From: Bdellovibrionota bacterium
Lineage (GTDB): Bacteria > Bdellovibrionota_C > UBA2361 > JBGSMV01
Direction: 5' to 3'
Assembly: GCA_041739995.1 (NCBI GenBank)
Contig: JBGSMV010000006.1
Coordinates: 1-58,188 of the forward strand
Length of the DNA: 58,188 nt
Shown here: piece by piece, positions 50,921 to 58,188 of the stretch
Numbering within the stretch: the first letter of the stretch is position 1
Layout of the letters: each line of letters starts with the position of its first letter
The notes under the pieces: generated by a model
The model's database searches: none
What the model was told of the DNA's origin: nothing
The model's input: only the letters and a program-made list of their open reading frames with translations
Translations under genes and position numbers: made by a program

Positions 50921-51679
50921 TTAAGCGTTTGGCTTCTCGGCTTTAATCGCAATGAATTCCTGGTGGTGCTTTTTGATCACCTCAAACGCCTCACGCGGAG
51001 TATCAACCAGGTGAATAAAATCGAAATCCTTTCCGCCCATGAGTTCCTTGCGCAGGGGTTCTGCTCGCATCCAGTCCAGAAGCCCTGCCCAAAATACCTT
51101 GTCCATTAAAACAATTGGTCGCACTGAAAGATGTTTTACCTGGACCAGCTGCCAGGAGAAAAACAACTCTAACAAAGTACCGACACCGCCAGGCGTTACG
51201 ATGATTGAGTGCGAAAGGCGCATAAAATCATCGAGCCTTGAAGAAAACTTAAGATGGTGTCGCTTAATATCAAGATGCTTATTCGGGTGGGGTTCGAAAT
51301 CGAGTTGTATTGAGAGGCCGTAAGAACGAATTTTTGTAGCGCCCTCCTTCTTCCCCCGCTGCGCACCCATATTGGCCGCCTCCATGAGTCCCGGACCACC
51401 GCCACTAAGAATATCTATTCCTTCAGCTGCCAATAGCTGAGCGAGCTCTGTCACTTGCACATAGATTGGACTCTCGGGCTTGATTCTCGCACTTCCAAAA
51501 ATGCAGGTACGATAGAATCGAGGATCTTCGACTAACTGAAGTTCTTGTTCGAGCACTATGGCTCGCTCGTGCAACACTCGAAGTCGTTCATCAAGATGCT
51601 TGCGACGTTGGGCGCGGGAATCACGCTTTGCTTTTCGAGTCGCTTTGGACTGCTCTGTAGATTCAGGATCGGATGTCAT
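50921..51679 (-). CDS. LOG-family protein (nucleotide phosphoribohydrolase-like)
   Basis: IFGSAR, GGGPGLMEA and PGGVGTL.ELF motifs. Confidence 0.88.
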   Translation of the reverse strand: MTSDPESTEQSKATRKAKRDSRAQRRKHLDERLRVLHERAIVLEQELQLVEDPRFYRTCIFGSARIKPESPIYVQVTELAQLLAAEGIDILSGGGPGLMEAANMGAQRGKKEGATKIRSYGLSIQLDFEPHPNKHLDIKRHHLKFSSRLDDFMRLSHSIIVTPGGVGTLLELFFSWQLVQVKHLSVRPIVLMDKVFWAGLLDWMRAEPLRKELMGGKDFDFIHLVDTPREAFEVIKKHHQEFIAIKAEKPNA

Positions 51680-51689
51680 AGGGAAAGCG

Positions 51690-52205
51690 TTAACGTTGAT
51701 TGGCTACTAACAGATCAGGCTCAGCCTCATCCGTTTCGAGATTTATACTCGATCGAGCTGAGAAAGAAGATGCAGGCTGTGGAGATTCCGAATTTGAGGG
51801 AGCCACCGGATTCCCCGAAGGGTTTAACGGTGACGCCTCCATTTGCAATTCCTCAATCTGCCGGGCGGTAATTTGCTCATGAAGCAACGAGGTCCAAGTC
51901 TCCCAGCCGGTAAGCTCAGAGCGCTCTTGGATAAGATCATACAAAGTCTCAGGAGAATCCCCTGGATGTGCATCGCAGAGCGTCTCAAGGGAGCTCAGTA
52001 CAAATCGCATGGCTTTCTGGATGTCATTGAAGTGCTGAGGAAGAATCGCCCCTGGAGCTTTACGAACGGTACGCTTCTGCGCGCGCTCAAGTGCCTTCAA
52101 CAGCTCAGAGGCTGCTTGCTCAAGCTCACCTAACTCCTGTTGCCGCAAAGGCGTGCTGTGCAACCGCGGGTTATGATGAGGGTGGAAAAATCTATAGATG
52201 TCCAT
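51690..52205 (-). CDS. Hypothetical protein
   Basis: 171-aa ATG ORF ending 10 bp upstream of the LOG gene; helical core with an HPHHNPRL N-terminus. Confidence 0.65.
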   Translation of the reverse strand: MDIYRFFHPHHNPRLHSTPLRQQELGELEQAASELLKALERAQKRTVRKAPGAILPQHFNDIQKAMRFVLSSLETLCDAHPGDSPETLYDLIQERSELTGWETWTSLLHEQITARQIEELQMEASPLNPSGNPVAPSNSESPQPASSFSARSSINLETDEAEPDLLVANQR

Positions 52206-52318
52206 GCCTACTCAAACCGTTTACGAGATGCTAGAGGTGTGGTGAGATTTCAACAAGGCCTTAATTTCGTTTAGGAAATGTCCTTAAGCCAGATCTCAGT
52301 CAGCCATGGGAAGTCTAT

Positions 52319-52699
52319 ATGAGCAGCACAACAGTGCTTTATGCCGTCTGGTCTTTACTCCCTTTGGGCTTCTTGGCCATGGCGCTTTGGTCATATCTGG
52401 AGCGCCTCAGCGGAAAAGCCCAACTTCAAGACAATGCCAGCCTGCTTAAGCAGTTCTTGTTCGTCTTCGCCTGCGTAGTCGTCTCGATAGCGCTCGACCA
52501 CTTTACCCTCAAGTGGCTTGCAGACGATCTGCTTGGTGGCCAGATTCCGCTCGGGGTCTTTCAAGTCGCCCTGTTGCCTGTTGTACTCCTCATTGGGGCA
52601 AAGATTGTGGGTCCCTCGGCAGCCATTCGAATTAGCAAGGCCCCCCACTTCTCTGACCGCCCGGCTCGTACTAAACCTCGTAGAGGCTCGAAATCGTGA
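52319..52699 (+). CDS. Small membrane protein (about 3 TM)
   Basis: Hydrophobic segments; overlaps the rnhB start (GTGA). Confidence 0.65.
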   Translation: MSSTTVLYAVWSLLPLGFLAMALWSYLERLSGKAQLQDNASLLKQFLFVFACVVVSIALDHFTLKWLADDLLGGQIPLGVFQVALLPVVLLIGAKIVGPSAAIRISKAPHFSDRPARTKPRRGSKS

Positions 52700-53346
52700 G
52701 ACTTATTATCGGCGTGGATGAGGTCGGCAGGGGGCCTCTCGCAGGCCCAGTCGTAGCCGCCGCGGTGGCGCTGCCTTTCGATTTTGACGACCAGCAAATT
52801 AAAGACTCTAAAGTGCTCTCGGCACGCAACCGCGACAAAATTTCGGCGATAATAAGGACCCAAGCACCAGCGTGGTGCGTGGTGGCGGTAGGACATCACC
52901 GGATTGCTCAGCTGAATATTCTCCATGCTTCCCTGCTCGCGATGCGACTCGCGGTCGAGCGAGTATTGCGACAAGTTGGAGGTCAGGTGGAACGCATCTT
53001 GGTAGATGGAAACAAAGAGATTCCATTCTCTTTGTCCAAATCGCCAATAATGAACTTTCCACCTCAAGAAGCAGTGGTACATGGCGACAGAATTCACCTC
53101 CACATATCAGCAGCCTCGATCATCGCCAAAGTGTGGCGAGACAGTCAGATGGCCGTCTTGGACGAAAAGTACCCAGGCTATGGACTCGCCAAACACGCCG
53201 GGTACCCCACCAAGCAACACCGAGAGGCGATTTCACGCCTCGGACCTTGTCCGATACATCGGCGTAGCTTTGCGGGAGTGCGCGAGCACCTTGGGAAACG
53301 TCCCTGGACTATCGAAGATAAAATCGCAGCTGGCCTCTCAGTATAA
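52696..53346 (+). CDS. rnhB: Ribonuclease HII
   Basis: GVDEVGRGPLAGPV, DSK, LVDGN, SAASIIAKVWRD and HAGYPT motifs. Confidence 0.96.
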   Translation: MRLIIGVDEVGRGPLAGPVVAAAVALPFDFDDQQIKDSKVLSARNRDKISAIIRTQAPAWCVVAVGHHRIAQLNILHASLLAMRLAVERVLRQVGGQVERILVDGNKEIPFSLSKSPIMNFPPQEAVVHGDRIHLHISAASIIAKVWRDSQMAVLDEKYPGYGLAKHAGYPTKQHREAISRLGPCPIHRRSFAGVREHLGKRPWTIEDKIAAGLSV

Positions 53347-53356
53347 TGCACGTCAA

Positions 53357-53728
53357 ATGCTCGGGCGTCGCGGAGAACGCGCTGCCGTTCGCTTTTTAGA
53401 TGCTCAAGGATACTTTGTCTGGAAGGCCAACTGGAAATGCCGCCGCGGGGAACTCGATATCGTCGCCTATCAGGGGCACCAGCTGGTAATTCTGGAAGTT
53501 AAATCGGCTTCAAGTTCTCGGTCGGTCTTTGACCCGCTCGATCGTATCGACCATCGAAAGAGGCTAAAACTAAGGCGCCTTGCTGAAAGGTTCATGAAGG
53601 ACCACCGGGTCGAGTTAAAGGCCAGGCGGCTCTGGTCGGTAAGAATCGATGCCATACGGGTGACTGCCAGCGGGTTCATGCGCTCGCCTCATATCGAGCA
53701 CTACCAAAATTCAGTCGAATTTAGGTGA
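53357..53728 (+). CDS. yraN: YraN/UPF0102 family putative endonuclease
   Basis: LGRRGE.AA..L, NW.CRRGELDIVA, EVK and RIDAI motifs; follows rnhB. Confidence 0.88.
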   Translation: MLGRRGERAAVRFLDAQGYFVWKANWKCRRGELDIVAYQGHQLVILEVKSASSSRSVFDPLDRIDHRKRLKLRRLAERFMKDHRVELKARRLWSVRIDAIRVTASGFMRSPHIEHYQNSVEFR

Positions 53729-53775
53729 GTTTTTGAGATTCGCTTCCAACTCATGGCATAGTGCCCCCTTAGAAT

Positions 53776-54669
53776 ATGAGCTCTAACCACATCAAAAATT
53801 CATCTGACCTCGGCAACGATTACGCTCTTGTTGATAGCGGCGATGGTCTAAAACTTGAGCGATTCGGAAGCGTCACGCTGGCCCGCCCAAGCAGTGTCTG
53901 CCTTTGGAAGCGCCGATCTCCTCAAGCCTGGAAACAGGCCGATGCAACCTTTGTCCCTGGTCGCGATGAAGAATCTGGCGCCTGGAATTTCCGAGGAAAA
54001 CCTTTCGAGACCTGGGAGATTGAATACGTAGGATGCCGGTTAGTTTTAAGACTTCTAAAAAATGGCCAGGTTGGTTTGTTTCCTGAACATGGAACCTATC
54101 TTCAACAGATTGAATCTTGCTTTGGGGCGCGCCCTTCTCAAACCGAGAGTCCTCGATTATTGAATTTATTTGCCTATACCGGCCTCGCCTCGACCTATTT
54201 CGCATCACGCGGATGGACCGTCACTCATGTGGATCTCTCTAAGAAAGCCCTCACCTGGGCAAAATCAAACTTTGAGCTGAACAAGATTCCTGAAAATGCC
54301 ATTCGGTTTATCTGTGATGATGCGTTGAAATTTCTCCAGCGCGAGGTAAAGCGCGGCGCAAAATACGATGCGGTGATCGTTGATCCGCCAAGCTTTTCGA
54401 GAGTTTCGAAGGAGAACTATTGGGAACTTGAAAACATAATTGCGAATGTAGTCGGACAATGTCAGGCAGTACTCTCTACAGATTGGGGAACTCTAGCAGT
54501 CACTTGCCACGATCCTGGAATCGGGGCCGAGATGCTGGCGAACTTGCTTCGTGACGTCGCAAATCCTAGCCAGTGCGTGATAGCGCAAGAGCTGGCAGTT
54601 CCCGAAAAAGACTCCGACCGGGTACTTCCGACAGGATCTTTCGCCCTGCTTGCTGCCAAGACAAGATAA
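53776..54669 (+). CDS. SAM-dependent rRNA methyltransferase (RlmI/RlmK-like)
   Basis: DSGDGLKLERFG, VGLFPE, LNLFAYTG, HVDLS and DPPSF motifs. Confidence 0.85.
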   Translation: MSSNHIKNSSDLGNDYALVDSGDGLKLERFGSVTLARPSSVCLWKRRSPQAWKQADATFVPGRDEESGAWNFRGKPFETWEIEYVGCRLVLRLLKNGQVGLFPEHGTYLQQIESCFGARPSQTESPRLLNLFAYTGLASTYFASRGWTVTHVDLSKKALTWAKSNFELNKIPENAIRFICDDALKFLQREVKRGAKYDAVIVDPPSFSRVSKENYWELENIIANVVGQCQAVLSTDWGTLAVTCHDPGIGAEMLANLLRDVANPSQCVIAQELAVPEKDSDRVLPTGSFALLAAKTR

Positions 54670-54747
54670 CCCGAGTTTTTTCAGCCAGTTAAACACCTCA
54701 AGAATTCTGTCGTTCTAGCCGTCTTTAAAGGTAGGAGATTCCTGCTC

Positions 54748-54981
54748 ATGCTTGGACAATTTCTTACCATCGCTCTCATTCTACTACTCACCTTTATTAC
54801 GGCAGTGCTTCCTATTGCACGGGCTCGGCGAGTGCGAAGTCGAAAAAATGTTCATGAAGCGTATCGAAAGTTAAAACTGAGAGCAGTTCGTCGAAGCTAC
54901 CGGGCCCTTCATGGTATGACGAACGAAGAAATTACTCAGCGGTTCAACGTGAGCGAAGCCTACGATAATATCGGGCGCTAA
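54748..54981 (+). CDS. Small membrane-anchored hypothetical protein
   Basis: AGGAG RBS; N-terminal TM followed by a basic segment. Confidence 0.5.
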   Translation: MLGQFLTIALILLLTFITAVLPIARARRVRSRKNVHEAYRKLKLRAVRRSYRALHGMTNEEITQRFNVSEAYDNIGR

Positions 54982-55096
54982 ATACCCCGTGCTAGCTACT
55001 TCCGGAACTTCGTAGGGCTATCAAATCCCTTGAAGGGAGGACCTAGCTTCAGCGATCCTCATTCCATATTCAATGGAACCAAACAGCTCTCGTAAG

Positions 55097-56929
55097 CTAA
55101 TGTCCGATTCTTCCAGTCGCACGCTCCAAAAATAATTCAAGTCCAGGATTCATCCCAGTCCACAAGTTGCGGGACTCCCTCGAGTCGTCAGCAAGATTAA
55201 AATGCTGAGCTCTTGCAGCATCAACATCATAGACAAACTTTTCCTCGCCCCTTATCACCGCGACTTGTTTTACAAGAGAAGAATACGGCATGATCTCATA
55301 GTCCTTGCATCGCCCCGAAAATAGGGAGATTCCCTGACTCTCCGGAAATGTTTCAATCCCCAGAAGATCAAGAACCGAGGGCACCAAATCTACATGTGAA
55401 TGAAGACAATCCGTACGAACCTTCGGCAATTCCACCGATTTCCCGCTTGAAATGACAAAGGGGACTTTTAATTGCTCCTCTACCATAGAGTACCCATGCC
55501 CAAAGATGCCGTGTGCCCCAAAGCTCTCGCCATGATCGCTAGTTACAATCACCGCGGTGCTATCCAGCGAATCGTGCTCTTCAAAAATTCTCGCAAGAGC
55601 ATGGAGCCACTCACCAAATTCTTCAACCCCATGGACATACCGCTGCTCATCGGTTAAGTCCCGGGCGTCGGGACGAATTTTGCTCGTGTAAGGAAAGTGT
55701 GTTCTTACCAAAAATAGCACAGAGAAAGTCGGCGCTCCTTTTGCTCTCTCAAGAAATTTCCTCAAAAACGGCAATATTGCCCAATCGTTGTCGAGTTCAG
55801 CCCTTGGCAAGCTATGCCTATCGATGAACGTATCCGCGTCTGAAGCCGAAATGACCGTACTTAGTGAATCCCACTCAACATCAGTTGCGGAAAGGAAAGC
55901 GGTTTGATAACCAGCCTCACGTAATGAATTCCAGAATTTTGAGCTCAACTCGGTCGCAAGTTTTCGCTCGACAGAATCGGCTAAATATCTCGATGAAAAC
56001 ATTGTGGCGAATGCAGCCCCAGTGAAGGGTGCCTGCGTATAAAAACGCGTGAAAGGAACCATCTCGAGCTCAATTTCATCGGGCCAACGAAATGGTGCTG
56101 CAAGTCCGGAATCTCCAGGAAAGCGGTCCGCTCGAAGGGAGTCCATAACGACGAGTACTAGGTGGTCTGGTGGTTTAGCTACCCCCTCTCGTCGAGACGC
56201 CTCCTCATTCTGCGACGAAGGCAAGAACCCAGCTACTATAGAGAGATCACGATTCAGTAGTGAATCAACCGCCGAAGCGAGAAGTCGAAACTGCGGTAAG
56301 CTTGAGTTAAATATGGGGTGATAGCCCTGCGCGAGTGAGGGGTAACTTCCTCCCACCGCACAGGTGAGAATAGGAATGCATCCGACAAAGAACATTAAGC
56401 ACACTCGCGGTGGTGAAAGTCTCTGACTGGTTGTGGAGTCAGACAACCACCATGCGACAGCTGCGAAGACTGCTACTACGAATGTGGTGGCAGCGAACCG
56501 CCAAACACTCCCCGCTTGAACTAGGTAGCCAATCACGAAATCGGGAGAGCGGAATATTTCAGCAACAGCCCTCCAACCAGGGTAGCCGCCGAAATAAAAG
56601 AAATGCGTAAGCCCTCCTCCAAGAGCACATAGAAACAAAATCATACCGACAAACTCAACGTAACGATTAGGCCTAAATAGTGCTCGGTAGGAATACAAAA
56701 CAATCAGCACCAGAGCTGAGAAGCAAAAGGCCAAAGCGCAAAGGTAGAGCCATGCCGCTACTAGATTTTTATTGCCGACTGAAAAGGCCCAGGGACGCGC
56801 GAGGACATCAAAAAGAACAAATGGGAGACCGAATGAGAGTTGAATGATGGTCAAAGCTCCCATCGATCGCCATGGGAGTGGATAGCGCATCAGAATATTA
56901 CGGGGCATTCCCGATCCAAAACAATACAA
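55097..56929 (-). CDS. Membrane-anchored alkaline-phosphatase-superfamily (LtaS/sulfatase-like) transferase
   Basis: Multi-TM N-terminus; VMDSLRAD, APFT, THFPY, SDHGE and HVDLVP motifs; start codon uncertain. Confidence 0.8.
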   Translation of the reverse strand: MYCFGSGMPRNILMRYPLPWRSMGALTIIQLSFGLPFVLFDVLARPWAFSVGNKNLVAAWLYLCALAFCFSALVLIVLYSYRALFRPNRYVEFVGMILFLCALGGGLTHFFYFGGYPGWRAVAEIFRSPDFVIGYLVQAGSVWRFAATTFVVAVFAAVAWWLSDSTTSQRLSPPRVCLMFFVGCIPILTCAVGGSYPSLAQGYHPIFNSSLPQFRLLASAVDSLLNRDLSIVAGFLPSSQNEEASRREGVAKPPDHLVLVVMDSLRADRFPGDSGLAAPFRWPDEIELEMVPFTRFYTQAPFTGAAFATMFSSRYLADSVERKLATELSSKFWNSLREAGYQTAFLSATDVEWDSLSTVISASDADTFIDRHSLPRAELDNDWAILPFLRKFLERAKGAPTFSVLFLVRTHFPYTSKIRPDARDLTDEQRYVHGVEEFGEWLHALARIFEEHDSLDSTAVIVTSDHGESFGAHGIFGHGYSMVEEQLKVPFVISSGKSVELPKVRTDCLHSHVDLVPSVLDLLGIETFPESQGISLFSGRCKDYEIMPYSSLVKQVAVIRGEEKFVYDVDAARAQHFNLADDSRESRNLWTGMNPGLELFLERATGRIGH

Positions 56930-57168
56930 GTCATGTACAGTCTCTATAGAGAAACAATCGGCGCAACAAGGAGCAAGAAAATAGCTCCTGCCACAACCTA
57001 GAAGCGGTGACCCTTGAGAGAAAATGGCACCTCTCGATAACGGTCACGCGGGGATGGCAAAATCTATACACCTAGCTTCTGAGTTGTGAAATACCTGGTT
57101 CGGGAAGAGCTCGGCAGAATTTGAAGATGAGCGCTGTAAGGAGCGCAGTGCGAATGAAAAAAAGTCAC

Positions 57169-57208
57169 AAAAAAAAACCCCGTCAAACGTTTAAGCGTTT
57201 GACGGGGT
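57169..57208 (-). terminator. Rho-independent terminator of the rRNA operon
   Basis: Minus strand reads accccgtcaaacg-cttaaa-cgtttgacggggt followed by a T-tract, immediately after 5S. Confidence 0.9.
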
Positions 57209-57213
57209 AAAAT

Positions 57214-57326
57214 ACCTGGCAACGTCCTACTTTCCCGGGAGGTCCCAGTATCATCGGCTCCAGAGGGCTTAACTACCGTGTTCGAAATGGGAACGGGTGT
57301 GGCCCCTCTGACATAACCACCAGGAA
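57214..57326 (-). rRNA. rrf: 5S ribosomal RNA
   Basis: Minus strand reads cctggtgg...cacacccgttcccatttcgaacacggtagttaag...gccgatgatact...aagtaggacgttgccagg, with complementary ends. Confidence 0.95.
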
Positions 57327-57370
57327 AGCAGCTTCATTCACTGAAGTTCCTTTCCGGAAGGTCGTTCCTT

Positions 57371-57543
57371 GCTTAACTGGGGCCACACCAGAATCTGCAG
57401 AGCAGATTCCAATTGATAGAGGCCCCTCTGCTTGCGACGCGTCAGCGTCGCAAAACATAACAGTACCACCAGGAAAGCAGCTTCATTTCCGACCTTCACA
57501 GCCGTGAAGGTGGCAAAAAAAACGAAGTTCCTTTCCGGAAGGT
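57371..57543 (-). pseudogene. Partial 5S rRNA (5' half plus leader) copy interrupted by hairpins
   Basis: Collinear blocks gcttaact, ggcccctctg, acataac, accaccaggaaagcagcttcatt and gaagttcctttccggaaggt are shared with 57267-57362. Confidence 0.7.
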
Positions 57544-57772
57544 TGTCTCAACAAAACCTCGAAAAACTTACCGCGATCCTCACCGCCGTGAGGATGCAAA
57601 AAATACTGCGAAGAGCTCTCTATTTGCTTCCTTCACTTTCGTGAGGGAACTGGAAAAACTAAGTCATTATTATCAAGTACACTGACACTCTTCTTTCGAA
57701 GAGTTGATGAAATGCAAAGCACTTCATCTTCTGATCAGTAACGCTCATTGAAGTTCTCAAGTAATGTAAGAA

Positions 57773-58188
<416 letters not shown>

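Noticed and set aside
53081..53356. Long N-terminal extension of the YraN ORF
   Set aside because: It overlaps rnhB in another frame; YraN similarity begins at about ATG 53357.

Overview
Bacterial chromosomal window with a core-gene content typical of a Gram-negative, deltaproteobacteria/Bdellovibrionota-like organism; this lineage call is an inference. From left to right: (1) an orphan pair of Tad-type minor pilins, a TadE-like protein with a ~170-aa Thr/Pro mucin-like tail and a Cys-rich TadG/vWA adhesin; (2) the mreBCD-mrdA-rodA elongasome operon, an extended rplS, and a bactofilin divergent from a transpeptidase-only PBP; (3) a CBS protein and cysS; (4) a polyphosphate module of two tandem thymidylate-kinase-fold genes (likely a heteromeric PPK3-type kinase, one subunit with a K/R-rich tail), Ppx/GppA and SixA, interrupted by an AAA/DUF4143-type ATPase islet flanked by a diverged, internally deleted copy of the ppx 3' end; (5) a heptose nucleotidyltransferase-GmhB fusion and an Rsm22-type methyltransferase; (6) a ~23-kb surface-glycosylation region with a branched amino-sugar pathway, a polyprenyl-P GT2, several GT-C-like membrane proteins, galU and an LtaS-like transferase; (7) a pseudo-ABC-ATPase membrane protein, LOG, rnhB, yraN, an rRNA methyltransferase and a second LtaS-like gene; (8) the 3' end of a minus-strand rRNA operon (23S 3' end, 5S, terminator) whose 23S-5S spacer holds a hairpin-interrupted partial copy of the 5S gene. 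No CRISPR array, tRNA, integrase or transposase was found.
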